Assembly (NCBI RefSeq): GCF_006345805.1
Contig: NC_042999.1
Coordinates: forward strand, 10,540,001-10,604,000
Reading direction: 5' to 3'
Source of the DNA: Octopus sinensis
Lineage: Eukaryota
Length of the DNA: 64,000 bases
The position numbers were made by a program, and so were the translations under genes. Every line of letters begins with the position of its first letter. Positions within the stretch are counted from its first letter, which is position 1. Below are positions 41,043-55,856 of this stretch, piece by piece. The notes beneath the pieces were generated by a model. That model saw nothing but the letters and a program-made list of their open reading frames with translations, did no database searches and was not told where the DNA came from.

Positions 41043-44000
41043 CACACACATTGCATCCTCAACTCGGATTCAAGCAAGACGGTTTATCATATGAATAGTT
41101 TTGATAACAGACAGGTGAGACATCATCACCATCACCATCATAATCAGTTAGCATCTGTCTTCCTTGCTGAAATGGCTTGGGCAGTTTGCGGAAAGATGAC
41201 CAACTGGAGGACTGTGTCAAACTCCAGGAATGTCTGTTCTGACACGGTTTTTACCCCTCGATGTCCTTCCAAAACAGCAACTGCTTTACAGAGAGTCTTG
41301 GGTGCTTTTTCATGGCACCAGTGCTAAATAGGTTGCCATGTAGCTTGCATGGCTAAAAAGCCCTTTGATTGAATGGAACCATAGTAGAAAGGGAAGTGGT
41401 GAGAGATGGAAGTATGACAGAGGGAGAGGAACAGGTTTGTTGGGGGCGTAGAGGAGGAGGTGTGTAGCTGCCCAGCATGACTGATCTACCTCTATAGGTG
41501 AATGGGGAGTGATTAGAGTGAAGCTGGAAAGACAGATAAAGATGAATGGCAATTCCTTCTGTCTCAGATCACCATCACCACCAAGCAATATGTAAGTTTG
41601 CCATAAAAGGATTAGCAGTCAGGATTGGGAGAAGAAGAATAAAACAGTGAAAGTGATAATCTGTCAGTGTGTGTTTGTCATTGAGATCTGATTTCAGTTG
41701 GTTTATCCGAAAGAGCTGAGTAGCTCTGGTTGGTAACTTAGTGAAGCACAAACTTATAATGCTTCAATGACATCATGCACCATTCAGTTAATTATCCGTG
41801 TCTGTCTTTATTTAAACAAGCTTTCATCTGAAAAACAGGTATAATCTAGGTCTCATTCATCCTCTTAATTTAATACCCAGCCACAGACAGACACAACCAG
41901 CTGTAAGCAGGCCCGAAATAAACTTACTGCATTTCAAAGTTCAAACGGACAGCTTGAAGAAACTTCAAAGTGATAAATATTTAATTAAATTTTGCAACCT
42001 TTCAATTCCTCTGATGTATAACTGAGAGGAATTTCCAATATTAAGAACTATGAAAGAATAACAAAGCAAATAAAATTGATTGTTACAAGAATGTATAACT
42101 ACACACACACACACATACTCTTGATCTGAAAATGTTTAGTGTCAGCTTGCTAGTTGGCAGTGAACCAAATTGCAATTGCCAGCAACATAAAGGAATAGAT
42201 AGAGAGATATTTTATTCGATTGTATGTAACGTTGGTAATGGATTCAGAACAAAAACCAGAGAATATCAAAGCTGACACATCATTCAGATATTAAATTAGG
42301 CAGTTAACCAAGGAATTGACAGTCTGCAGTTTTCGACAACATTCCTGATAGAAAAGAAATGTATTTAGAAAACAGGGTTAGCCTCATTTATTCTCTGGTA
42401 GACCCCACTTCATGATTTTATTTTACTTATTCAGTATTTTAGTCATGGTGCATAGTTTTAGGGAGGGAGACAAAGCCCTGCTTCTGGGGAATGGGGAATA
42501 TTTAGGAAGTATTATGACCCTCACATTCGTCATAATATCTTATATGGAATACACAATCATTTAGGGACATAATACACCACCTTACTTTCAAAGTACCAAG
42601 GGAAACCTCCTCAGGCAACTTGGAAAAATTGGTGTCTAACCTTGACATCCAACTCACACAAGTAACCATTTTAAACTAGTAGTCCTCTGATAATTTCACA
42701 TACCAACCATTATTTACATGGATTAAGAAATTACCCCTGATTCTTTTCCGGTTATAACTTTCAAATATTGAACTCCTAAGTAAGTTTCTGCCCTTACAAA
42801 ACTATTAAAAAAAAAAGGGATTGGTTTGTTTGTTGTTACTTGAAAGTTAAAAAAATCTTGTGTAACCATGTTGGGATATTGTGACTAGGGTACCCCAAAA
42901 TAATGTGTAGCCATGCCATAAATGGAATCCCTGTTGAGTCTACAGCTTTTGCTTCTTCCTTTCCTTTGTTCTGCCCAGACAACTCCATCCTTCCCACCTC
43001 TCCCACCCTTATTAGTCTCTCTCCTCACTCACAGCCTTTAATCTCACCCAATCATTCATCCCCCCATCACTCTCCTATCTACCGTATCTTTCTATTGTAA
43101 AAAAAACAAAACCTGTTACTACATCCATATCATATGACCATTTCTGTACTGCCAGTCATTACTCCCTCTTCTCTGTGCTACTCCTCATTAGTATCCATCC
43201 ATTCCTTTTGTCCCTAACTCATATTTACCACCCCACCCTTCTTCACCATTCACTATATCCAACCCCTATGTGCATCTGACCATTTTTATGCCATGTTTAC
43301 ATCCACCTCTCACTCTCCTCCCACATGCCATTAACGTCATTTACCCTGATTCTACCCTGTCAAACCTCTCTTCTATACAGTTCTTGGACACATTACCATG
43401 AGCGTACCTTGTCATCATATTTACCTCTCATACCTCTATCCAGCTACAAATTATGCAAGGGAGCCATAAATCTTCTTCACAAACAGTAAACCCGTTCCTC
43501 CCACCATAATTTAACCTCTCAACATCTCACTTAAAGCAGCCAGCCTATCTCCTCCTATTCCTTCCAGCTGAAGCAGGTGATCTTGAATTTTGCAAGTTGC
43601 ATGGTGACCTCACTTGTATTGGTGCCATGAAAAATGCATCCAATACACTCTGTAAAGTGACTGGTATAAGAAGGACATCCAGAAACCATGCCAAAAACTG
43701 GAGACACTGGATCTAGATGTGGTCCTCTGATCCACTGGATCTTGCCAAAACATCCAACCTATGCCTGCAGGGAACACAGACATTATATGACGATAAGACA
43801 ACCTAACTTCCAAAAAGAGACAGAATTATCATGTCTAGGAATGTTGATTGAATGTTTTTGTCCACCAGTTAAAAGCCATTGATGTGTCCAGGGTTAGGGT
43901 TACCCATAGTTACTGAGCAGCAATGTAAGTAGATGGTCAACATCATCAAGGACTTTCCCAATCTTTGAGACAAAATCAATTATTGACTGATTGTCTTCAT

Positions 44001-44407
44001 CTCAAAAGGTTAAGAATGATGACTTTACAGACCCTTGAATCTGTAACCTTCCACACTGAGAATCAGTACAAAGGTCTTGCAGAACCAATACCATTGATGA
44101 CTTCTTAGTCTTCTATGGTGACTACACACCAATAATACCCTCTATGTAGATGTAACATCACCAGTTTCAATGTCAGCATACTGTTTGGTTGAGTTTGTTA
44201 TTAATTAAAACCCATTGGTTAAATATCATGCCAATACGTTATATACAGAGTTAATTAAACTAGCAGCTTAGTCACAAAACCATAACATTCTCCCTGATAA
44301 AAGAGACAAGGGAAAAAAAAAAGGATTTCACATTCAGAAACAAACAAAGAAAAAAAAAGAAAAGAAAAAAAGCCAGTGTGATAAAGAAATATATTGGATT
44401 CCGTTAC

Positions 44408-44593
44408 CTTAGACCAAGCCAACATATTGGCTAATGAAACTCTTTTGCCAAATATTCCTTTCTTATGCCTATTAAGATGAGTCTGTGCATAGTTTTCAAT
44501 ATCCCTATCGGAGGACAGCTTCTTGAGTTGATGATAATGCGTTGAATATAAGGCAGACTCCGAGGAGGAAACCGCCCCTCCTCCCCGGACCAC
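44408..44593 (-). CDS. ARHGAP39: ARHGAP39 exon: VVRGGGAVSSSES...DIENYAQTHLNRHKKGIFGKRVSLANMLAWSK
   Basis: TTGGCAG acceptor, AAG|GTAACG donor, 186 nt. 'DIEN.A..H.N.H..G.F...VS.ANMLAWS' is the conserved pre-MyTH4 segment. Confidence 0.9.
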
Positions 44594-46809
44594 CTGCCAA
44601 ACAAGAAAAGGAGAACTAACTGTTAGTATATCATGTAATATATAGAAAAACATACATTTTTTGGAATCTCATTTAAAACTTCAATAGATGTGATTTTGTT
44701 GTTACAGAAGAATTAAAAAAAAAAGTGAATTTAAAAAAAAAAGACGAAAATAGAAAATCAAATGATTTCAGTATTGTTGAGATGGTTAATTAATGACTTA
44801 GAGGCCACAATTACAAACACTTTTAATTAGTAAGGTGTTGTTTTCTTTAAACAAATTGCATAATTGAATTTCTAATTTTTAAAAAATGAAGAATTTAGTA
44901 GAGTTACGGTCATTAGGCTGGTGTTTGAAAAATAAAGTACCATGAAACTTTGATGCATTGTTTTTAATTTAGACTAAATCAAGAAGTTCATATCATATAA
45001 TAAAGGATGGTCTCATATGGACTGGTATCAATAGGGTTAACTTGCCAAATAATCTAAAGCAATGTTACATCTAAGAACATTCAGTAGTATTTATTTGCTC
45101 CAAAACTTCACAAAATTATATCAATTTATAGATCCAGCCCCTCATTAGGGTTTTAAGAAGGACAGCTCCTGAGGTCTGAGAGCTAAACTTAACCACAGAA
45201 TCTTTCATAAGTTAGTATTTGTTTTACAATTATCCAACAATATTTCTTAAAAAAAAACCCAAATGAAACTGAATAAGTCTATTGGATATCATTCATTATC
45301 AGCTGAAAATTTCGTCTATGTTTTATTGGCTCAACTTGGCAGCAATGAAGTACACGGCATTGAATAACAGTCATAGAGTCAAACAAGTTAACCTAGATTC
45401 TACATTAGCATTCTCTGTAGATATCCACCTCATCATTCTCCCACGATAATTGTCTACACTGGAATGGTTATAGCAGTAAAATAAATTAGAGTTGAGAAGC
45501 ATTTCACAGCTGAAGCAGCATTTTTTTCAAATGTCTAACTCTAGTTCTTCCTTCACAGCTGTAATTTCAATCCGACTTATAATGTTGTTCTTCTGTCCCA
45601 GATAATGTTTACCACTCAACACATGAATGAAGAATTTCAATTGGCTTTCAAGAGAGAATATTCTTTACCCTTATTTACTAAATAAAGAACATGTGTCATA
45701 TGTTGTGTAACTAAAATGTAAGAGAAAGAGCACCATTTCTGAAACAGACACCACTGAATGTTTTAAAGACCATTCTAAAAGCCTCAACAGAAATATTCGT
45801 CAATAATGTTCTTATTTTTTGTTCCAAATATGGATTCTAGGGAATAATTAATAAAAGAGAAGTATTTCTGATAATTGCAATCAGCATTTTGACTGTCACT
45901 ATAATAACAACATTTTGAAAAATAAAAAAATGAACCAAACTATGAAGATTTACAACAAATCCACCATGCAAACATATTGATCTCCAAGTCAGTGGATAAT
46001 ACATTGCTTTAATAAATTCTGAATTCTGTGAAAATTGGCTCAGAAATTAAGTCACTTGTAACCTTTTCTGGAATTTTAAAAAAATGCCATATCTAACAAT
46101 TTGACCCAAGAGGGTAAAATCCCAGTTGAAGGGTCTAAGGGAAGTATTTGAACTCCACATTGCAATATAATAAAACAAGAATCATGAATGTAATATGAAG
46201 TATTTTGAAAAGGGGTTCATGAGATCTATTTCTAATTTGGTAAACTGTACCGAAATATTAGATATGCTCTCCATGAACAGGTGTAATGTAATCTGAGTGC
46301 TACTTTCAAAGCAGAAGGCCCACACACAAACACAAAGAAGCAAACTAACAACCCTAAACATATTTTCCCCAACAATTAAATTCCCATGTACCCTTTCAAC
46401 ATTCCCTTTTTTTCCATGCTCACAGGGGTTGGACAGAATTCACTGAGTCAAACTTTTCTATGGTTGGATGCACTACCTGTTGCCAACCCTCGCCTGTTTC
46501 TCAGTAAGGAAATATTTTATTATGGCCAGACACGTTTTCACGGAAGACTGAAAACAAGGACACAGTTTGTATGATGGACAGTACACATGTGCACACAACA
46601 GGCTTCTTTCAGTTTCCATCTACCAAATCCACTCACAGGGCTTTGGTTGGCCCAGGGCTACAGCAGAAGACATTCATCAAAGATGCCACACAGCAGGACT
46701 GAACCTGAAACCATGTGGATGTGAAGCAACTTTTTAGCCACACAGCTATGGCCGTTGCCCAACTTATTTTCACCTTTTATAATTGGCCTAACGTTCGAAG
46801 GTCATGCTT

Positions 46810-47355
46810 TATGGGATGAGGTGGTGAAGCATGACCTTCAAACGTTGGGCCTCATAGAGGCAATGACAAAAGACCGAGACCTCTGGAGGTATGTTGTGAC
46901 AGAATACCCAGCAAATAAAGTGAGTCCACAGATGTAACCTACACCAGTGTCACATAAGCAGCCCACTCAAAAGTACCCTGGATCGTTGAGGAGACCTGTT
47001 GAGTCAAGTACATCAACATCAGCAATATCAAAATCAAATGAAAAGGAAATTGTAGTTGTGAGCCCTGTGTCGGTAGCACATAAAAAGCATCATCCAATCG
47101 TAGTCGATACCAGCTCCTCTGGCCCTTGTGCTGGTGGCACGTAAGAAGCACCATCCGATCATGGTCAATGGCAGCTCTGGTGGCACGTAAAAAGCACCCA
47201 CTACACTCTCAGAGTGGTTGGCGTTAGGAAGGGCATCCAGCTGTAGAAACACTGCCAGATCAGATTGGGGCCTGGTACCTAGACCCTAGCTGAACTGTCC
47301 AACCCATGCCAGCATGGAAAACGGCCATTAAACGATGATGATGATGATGATGATG
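46810..47355 (+). mobile_element. RTE 3' end plus family-B tail
   Basis: WDEVVKHDLQTLGLIEAMTKDRDLWR followed by the shared tail and (GAT)n. Confidence 0.75.
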
Positions 47356-48683
47356 ATTGTTGATCCCTTTGCAACCTGTTGGCAATCAGTCTTATTGCAT
47401 TAAAGAGTAAATAAAAACAATCTTCTCATATAACTCTGAGTCAAACAACACAAATAAAAATGTCCTTTTACAAGGGGGGAAAAGTTAGATTTTTTTGTGG
47501 GAATGTTTCGAGTATGAAATTGACACTTTTTTCAGCATCAGTGGGGCGTAGGCGTGAGGAAATGCAAAATCTAGGATGCTGTAATATATTCAAGTGAGTT
47601 TTACCATCTGTGTAATAACTACTGGCCAAAAAAGCTAAAATAACAAGTTGAAGGAAAACTAAAAAACGACAAACAAAACATGCAGGAAATATTTCATTTT
47701 ATTTTTCTAGCACTCCACCCATAAAATGGGGGGGGGGAGGAAACCTAGAGAAGCTGTTAAAAACTTTAAAGTCACTGGTTCACTCTGGCAGGCGAGACAG
47801 ACTCGTGTGTTGCTATCTTCTTGCCCAAGCATAAAACAAGGCTTGGGATATGGTAGGGCACTCAATTGCCCATTGCCTACTTCAAAAGAAATTTTTTTCA
47901 ATTTGATAGAACCCATGATTCCTTTTTAGGGAATTTCTTGACAAGGGGAGAGGAATAAATAGTATGAAAGGGAGGACAGGTTGATGGTGTACGTACTGAG
48001 GAAGAAACTGTATTCTTTGAGAGGAATAAGGCAAATATACATATATTTCTACATGGCCAGTCGACTTGCTAGGAATAGTAGCTAAATATTCTTCAAATTA
48101 TGTATCTGAGCAATTGTTTACATTTACATTCACTTCTACAAAGGCCACAATGTATAAGCAGTGTTGTTGTTATCACTCACCAAGAAACTCTCCACTCACT
48201 TTGGAGCTAAGCGAAATAAAAGATTTCTTGAAAACAAGGTACAAGTTAAGGACAGGAATAGCATCTAGCTATGGAACACTGGCTCAATATCATATTCATC
48301 TAACCCATGTGAGAATGGATTAACGAGCTTTATGAGATAGATTTGTGATGGAGCAGACTGCAATTATCTTATAATAATTCTGCTTGTCATTATGTTTCAC
48401 ATGATTAGAGAGAAAAAGGGAGAGAGAAGTGTTCATGATGTGAGGTGGAGGGAACATAATTGTAACACTTTCCTGTGATTAGTTGAAAGGAAAGAGAGAA
48501 CAAGAGAAAGAAAAAGGAGAGAGAGAAAGAGGATAAGGCAGAGGCAGAAAAAGAAAGAAAAAGTGGGAGCAAGAAAAGAGAGAGAGAAAGAGAAACGTCC
48601 ATGACATGTGATGGGGGGAACGGAGTATTTACTACATGGTCAAAAAGGTAGCGATATAGGGAAGAGTTTGGAATATGATTTTA

Positions 48684-48740
<57 letters not shown>

Positions 48741-48869
48741 GGTGATAGTCGTGGTGGAGGTGGCGTTGGTGAGTGCAGAGTGAAAAGTAATTCTTTTTTG
48801 TAAATGAACTAATTTTTTTGACATCACCTATCACTTAACACATGGACATCCCAAATTTGCCATACACTT

Positions 48870-49109
48870 TAGAACAAAACCAGTTTCTTGTTCACCTGTC
48901 ATATGCATAAATCACAAGGGCAGACATTTGATAAAGTGGGGCTGTTCTTGTCTGAGCCTGTATTCGGCCATGGTCAGCTATATCTTGCATTCTTAACGGC
49001 TCATAAATTATTGGATGTGAGAGTTGAAGTTATCAACACTGACAAACAAGAGAAAAGAAGAGGGAGAGTTTACACAGGGAACATAGTCCGCAAAGAAGTA
49101 TTGGACTGA
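48870..49109 (+). mobile_element. Helitron Rep/Hel (Pif1-family helicase) C-terminal remnant
   Basis: KSQGQTFDKVGLFLSEPVFGHGQLYLAF...NIVRKEVL is the typical Helitron helicase C-terminus. Confidence 0.85.
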
Positions 49110-49594
49110 AACGTGAATGCAAATTGAAATGTGTAATTGCTCTGATCCATCGCTTTGGCTTATAAGTTTCAAGCAATCTGGTTTTCAGAGTATGCCATGT
49201 TGCATTAAATGTTTACCCCCGTGAAATTGTGACCCCCATATTTTACTTATAAGATAATTTATTTTTCTGCAAAATTTTTCTCTAGATATGAAATTGTGAC
49301 TGTGAAAATTTAAAAATGTAATTTTTTAAGTTTGTGGGAAAAATGGAAAAATAAGAGTGAATATTTATTTTATGAGTGCTGTGTATTAAGTCTATAAAAT
49401 CGTGCATAATGTATATAAAGTGTGTATATAAAGTGCATTAAGTAATCATCTTGTTCCAATTTCCTTCACTTTTCAATGATTAGCAGATGAGCAACTATCT
49501 TTTGATACAAACACAACACAGATTATGCTTTCAGGTTTTTTGGATAAAGTTTTCAGAAATAACACAATAGGTTTACTATTAATTCCATGAAATA

Positions 49595-50577
49595 CTGTAA
49601 ATCCTCGAGTATAATACGCAGGGGATTTTTAGGGGGCTGTACGTCTGAAAAACCTAAACCTTGTGTATAATATGCACCCCTTCTCTAACTCAAGGAGGTC
49701 TATATAACGTCCTTGGTTTGTAAAAGTGTATACGGTAACGTCCTTGGTTTGTAAAAATGTATACGGTAACGTCCTTGGTTTGTAAAAGTGTATACGGTAA
49801 CGTCCTTTATTATTATTGTATATATAACATAATGCAAACGTGTAGCTTTTTGTGCATTTTGTTTGCAGAAAATAAAGAAATAACAGAAATAACGTCAGTG
49901 AAAAATAAATATTAAAGTAAATTGCCTTCACATATTTATCACTAACAGTTGCAAAAGCAAAAACATTTATTCAAATCCTTCAAATTCAACGTCACTTTCA
50001 GTATCAAATAACTGTTCCATTTGTTCCTCTGTAAACATGTCAGCATCATTGTAGTGCAAATCTCCATCATCGGCAGATTCATAGTCAACATCAGAAGATT
50101 CACTTTCCTTTATTTCAACTTTCCAGACAACGCCATCCTGAGTACCATCCAGTGCAGACGATATACAACATTTGATAAAACTTTTCACATTAATCTGGGG
50201 ATCAAGTTCGTTCCATGTACACACGATCCTTTTGTGAAATGTAGGTTTGCCTCCTCATAGACATGTTATGCCTTGACATAAAGTTACTGGCCCAGACACA
50301 TGATGCTGTGTTCTGGATACTTTTATTTTAATAAATGTTGCCTACTGAAAGTTGTGGATGATTCTTTTATGACTTCATTGCTTTCAGGCTTAGCTTCAGG
50401 TATTTTCGCGCCCGACATCACAAAATGCGTCTGAATAAACATTGCTGGACAGCAAATAGAGACTCAGACACTGCTTAGAAAATATTTTTCATTTTTAACA
50501 TCGTATATAGTACGCACTAGGGATTTTGACCTTTAAATTTTGGGGAAAAAATGCGGATTATACTCAAGGATTTACGG
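49595..50577 (-). mobile_element. Internally deleted pogo/Tigger-like DNA transposon
   Basis: TA-flanked TIRs CTGTAAATCCTCGAGTATAATACGCA / TGCGGATTATACTCAAGGATTTACGG. Minus-strand remnant VKSFIKCCISSALDGTQD plus acidic tail. Internal 31-bp tandem x3 at about 49706-49806. Confidence 0.85.
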
Positions 50578-51020
50578 TATTCATAGGTCCTGCCAGTGTT
50601 GATAAAATTTAGAAAAATAACATATATTTATTGCAAATATACAAATGAGAAATTTGCTTTAATTTTCTTTTTCTTTTGAAAATTACTATTTATCTCATTA
50701 TTCTGTATAAGCACTAAGAATTTTGATAAAAGTTACATTATAATGATTGTATGTCTGCTATATTTCTTGATATTACCCATGGTGGTGAAAGTATACATCC
50801 AAAATTACTTCTCATATAACTAATGGAGGAATTTATCCTCAAACCAAAAGATCTGGTTCAAATGCTTGTATCATAGTGGACTCAACTAAAGGTACACAAA
50901 GGTAGGCTGTGGTGTTAAGCTGAGCAATTGATTACATCTACCCCTTGCGAAAAGAAAGGCTTCTTCCAACAGGCTTCCACACAGTTTCCAGCTGCTAAGT
51001 TTTAATTCCTAGGTTTAGGT

Positions 51021-52487
51021 CTGGGATGGGGAACCTGTAGCCTTAAGGCTGCATGTGGCCTTCTGGGTCAACAAGTGTGGCCTTCTGCAGCGTTTGATGT
51101 AAATGTCAATATATACTTTTTAAGACCTTGATTTTGTTTTTGTCTATAGTTTTTATGCATAAATTTACAATATACACACACATCTATAGATGAGAGGGAA
51201 AATAACTGTGTTCAGTGATGTCATTCCCAGAAATTGGAAGCATTTTTCCATGAACCTAATGAATATAAACTTAAAGCCACATGGCTAAAAAGGCAACATT
51301 TCCTTGCCAGTCACGCCCGCCTAGTGGGAGTGAGTGACCTCACGTGTGATGCATATAGAATTCCTATCTCGTATACCTCCTCGCTGTGGTTTGTGCTAAG
51401 TACTACTCAGTTAAGTGTAGTCGTGACTAAGTTCATAGTAACTTATGAGATTGTAAGTCTGAGTTAGTTATATAACTCATTTGAAAGCGTACATTCGCCA
51501 GGGCATGCGTTGTTTTGCAGACTTCCTTTTTATCACTGAGACTTAATTAGTAACAATGATCGAATTCATTGCTACTCTGTTAGGCCTACTGCACATTGCT
51601 CCAGATAAAACGGTCTTAGATAAGACATGATCACTTAGCATCCGAAACCATGTTCTTGGAATCTTGGTCATGACTTTAGCAATTGTTATTGTTTTGATTG
51701 AAAACTGTCAATGAGTGAAAATGAAGATATCTCTGGTTCTTTTGAAGAATACAAGTCAGTTTTACACTCATTAGTAGAAGAATACAACAAAAGATTCAGT
51801 GATTTTGAAAAGCATAACATCACTTTGAAAATTGCTTTCCAGCCTCACTTAGTTGATGAACCAAAGGCTCCTGAAGAGTTACAAATGGAGCTTATTGAAA
51901 TGCCTGAAGATAATATCCTGAAATCTCAGTTTGACAACGGGGGCGATCCCTTTGAAATTTGGTAAAAGGCGATAGAAGAATATCCTCGTCTTTGTGAACA
52001 CGCAGGCCGACTGATTTCCTTTTTTTCTCTATAACATACTCATACTTGATGCAAATCAAGAATTCACTGAGAACACAGTTGACAGACGAGCATTTGTAGG
52101 AGCATTTGATACTAAGAACCATTGTGGTAGAACCTGATATCAAAATGCTTTCTCAAAGAAGTCATTCATTTGAATAAAGAGTAAATCCATGCATGAAGCA
52201 AGTATTTCAAAATTTCATATTCTCGGTGTTTATAAACTTGACTTTTTTTAAAAAGATTATTATTCATTTACTTATTAAAAAAAGTTCCTACTTAAGTAAA
52301 ATATTTGAAAATGTCATATTTCCAATTCTTATTCACCTGTCTTTTTTTAATGATATTACTATTAAATTAATTAAAGGCCTAAGCCTAGGGATAAAATGAC
52401 AAAAAAATATATTTGTTCACTGTGGCCTCTATGAGGGGTGATGACTTGTAAGGTGGCCTTCATGACCAAAAAGGTTCCGCACCCTTG
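51021..52487 (+). mobile_element. Internally deleted hAT (Charlie/SPIN-like) transposon
   Basis: Termini CTGGGATGGGGAACCT / AGGTTCCGCACCCTTG. ORF 51711-51965 (LVEEYNKRFSDFE...APEELQMELIEM) resembles the GTF2IRD2/Charlie transposase C-terminus. Confidence 0.75.
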
Positions 52488-53009
52488 TCTTAGACCATAT
52501 TTCTGTCCTCATAAAATATATATAAAAAAAGGGTTCTTTTATAAAAACTCCTTCACCAACATTCGCCCACAAATGTGTGCAGTTTCATCCTTTGAGTCTC
52601 TCTCTCCCTAAACAAATAAGCAGTCTAACCCCACTCCTGCCCTCCTTATCTACCTGCCATCCCTCTTCTTTTTTATATCACTACTGTGTCTCACCTCACA
52701 AAAACTATGCCTAATCAATCATTTCCAGTACTACACTTCTCTACAATTCTCACACCTGCCTCCTTCCTTTTTCTTAAGGACATAAAATCTATATTAAGTT
52801 TAAACAAAATGTTGATATCGCCAAAACAAGTTCTTGACACATCACACCTAAATCTCGAAAAAAAACATGGTTAATACTGTGCTTTCTTATATCGAAATTG
52901 CTTGGAAACATTTACAAGATGTTAAATGTGGTCTCCATGTGAATGCTTGGATACACAATTTGCTTTTTCTGGCATTTGTTCAGCTACTAATATCAACTTT
53001 TAGCAGAAC

Positions 53010-53340
53010 AAACCATGGCGAATAAACAAAAAAAAATTAACGACAAAATCCAAGATACATCTTTTTAAAAAAGTCAACTCCATTCCGGTACATGTCAGAA
53101 ATCTATCAGGATGCAGTGTGGAATCATTCAAATTGCAGCTGGATAGATACTTAAGCACCATTAGAGATGAACTCCATCTCCCAGGATATACACAACGAGC
53201 ACAAACTGACTCAAACTCGCTCCTACACATGTCAAAATTAAACAGAGAATACAACCTGGCAACCACACCAGACTCTGAGGGTGGAGTCTTCGACTTGGCC
53301 TGAGCATGGACTCAAACTCAAATGAAATGAAATGAAATAT
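53010..53340 (+). mobile_element. CR1/L2-group LINE 3' end
   Basis: NSIPVHVRNLSGCSVESFKLQLDRYLSTIRDE followed by an (AAATG)n tail. Confidence 0.65.
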
Positions 53341-54486
53341 CAATAGTGAAAAACTGAACCTTTCGACCAAGCCCTAAATATCTGCCAGCCTGCTTATTGG
53401 AAAATAAATATTATTTTAAAATATCTAAGATTATGTTATGTCCATGAAGTGTTTATACGAAAGATTCCCTTGATTAAAATTATAATCACAGGAAACAGAA
53501 CAACAAAATCTGAAAGTATTTAGAGAGAAAAGAATCAAATGAAATATGGAGGTGTTTTATTTTTTCATGTCAAACTTGGGTACCAGTTACATTTGAGTCA
53601 AAAACTAATGTCTTGGCCTCAAATATCTTGGTTTCACTATGACATAATTGCATACACTGAGTTTTATTACAACTCAGAAAGCTTTCTGTAATACCAGTAA
53701 ATGTATCATTCCACGTTTGCAATAGATCAGGGAAGGCAAGAAGGCAAGTTGCATGCGACTAGTGAATAAACATCATTGACAAGGCCTAAAATGGCTGGAA
53801 CATGCCTAGTGTTCCTGTGAGATGCTGGTTGCCTTGCTTTGATATATTGTGTTTTTAGCACAACATGCCTATGAAGAGATATTTCTCTCAGACCAAAATC
53901 ACAGAAAATAAGGCAATAAGTGCCAATATGATATTATTATCCATTTAACTCACTAAAACTGTCCCTAAGGTTCAATAAAAACAATTATTCTGAAAAGTGA
54001 GTCACTTCCATTATAGAAGTGATGCATTAGCTAATTCAAACAAAAAAATAAAATCATAAAAAAAATAAAAAATTAATGAAGTGACACTTGACTGAATAAA
54101 AAAAAGAAACTTTAATTAATGTCAATAATGTTGTTGTAATTTATTCAAATTAGAACAAATTCATATTGTCAATTAATTGTGAGACTGTCGTGACAGAAAA
54201 ATCATCAGGCTTTATAGAACATCTTTTTTTTTCTTCTTTTTTTTTACAAATGGTAATCAGCAGAACTGGAACCGAAGGTATGATGCCACGGGCCATACTC
54301 TTTCTCTCTTTTACTTGTTTCAGTTATTTGACTGCGGCCATGCTGGAGCACCGCCTTTAGTCAAGCAAATCGACCCCGGGACTTATTCTATCGGTCTCTT
54401 TTGCCGAACCGCTAAGTGACGGGGACGTAAACACACCAGCATCAGTTGTCAAGCAATGCTAGGGGGACAAACACAGACACACAAAA

Positions 54487-54517
<31 letters not shown>

Positions 54518-55613
54518 CATATATACGACAGGCTTCTTTCAGTTTCCATCTACCAAATCCACTCACAAGGCATTGGTCGGCCCGAGGCTATAGCAGAAGA
54601 CACTTGCCCAAGATGCCACGTAGTGGGATTGAACCCGGAACCATGTGGTTGTTTAGCAAGCTACTTACCACCCAAGTACAATATTAACTAGGGTGGTTAT
54701 GTAGTTAAGAAATTCACTTCAAAAGCAGGTGGTTCTGGATAGAATGCCACTATGCAGTACCCTGAACAAATGTCTTCTAATATAGCCCTAGGCCAACCAG
54801 ACTAAGGGAAATTTGAACATACTGTGCCTGCAAGAATTGACAATACTCTTTCAAAGTCCATCCCTAATTCTTTCCCTCTTAATAATCTCTCTTCTTTTAT
54901 TCTTAACTCCTGCATGCTTCTCTCTGCCCCCCCCCCCCTACACGGCCCACTAACTGTCTACTTCTAATATGTGGAGGTTTTACCAAAAACCCTACATCAG
55001 GTAATCAGGGATTTCCTTATATTCTTGAATGAGGATTCAATAAATTTGGTAACAAACAAATTCAAGTCATGCAGAATCAAACTCTCTATAAACCTCAATG
55101 TCTTCGGTGACCTTCTCAGAACTTTCATAATGTAACCAATGTCAAAACTGTGTCAAAGAGTCAAGACACACTTTAGTATTTACATTCTTTATTTCCTAAG
55201 AATCTACTACAAAAAGACACCTGGAATGATGTATCTTTTACTTACTGGAATTGGATAAGAATGTTATTTGCTGCATTGATAAAAGAAAAATTCTATCTTA
55301 TTAGTTTGGTCTTTACCATTTCTACAAGAAACTCGCCTCGTAAACTTATTGGCTGTATTCCATTCTCTTCAAACCTTCCTCACATATCTTGTATCCTCTA
55401 CTTTTTGCTGCCTAAGCTGAGTCTCTCTCTCTTTAACACCCACAACAAACGTTTTATTCAACAGTTGGTCATTCAGAAGAATTAGTTTACTGTAATATTT
55501 GCATCCAGCAAATTCCTAACAAACATCAAATTCCTACATAAACCTTGTTTGTATCTAAGTCTAATGACAGACTTTTCTTCACTCTGCCTCATGGGTAATA
55601 TACCTCCTACTCT

Positions 55614-55680
<67 letters not shown>

Positions 55681-55688
<8 letters not shown>

Positions 55689-55856
55689 TTTGTTTAGAGA
55701 TAGTAGTCCCCTTCACCCACCATATAAAAGAATTTAAATTTATTTAATACTAACGACTCATTTCTCAGCTGAGAAATGAATAGTAAGTATTAAATTGAAT
55801 TAAGATTCTTTTATATGGTGGGTGAAGGGGACTACTATCTCTAAACAAAATATATA
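55681..55856. repeat. 176-bp palindrome with no spacer, centred on TCTCAG|CTGAGA, adjacent to (TA)n
   Basis: Outer ~50 bp of each arm are exact reverse complements; inner part has scattered mismatches. Confidence 0.9.

Noticed and set aside
48888-49109. Host PIF1 helicase gene exon
   Set aside because: Isolated, degenerate C-terminal piece with a Helitron-type ending and no supporting exons.
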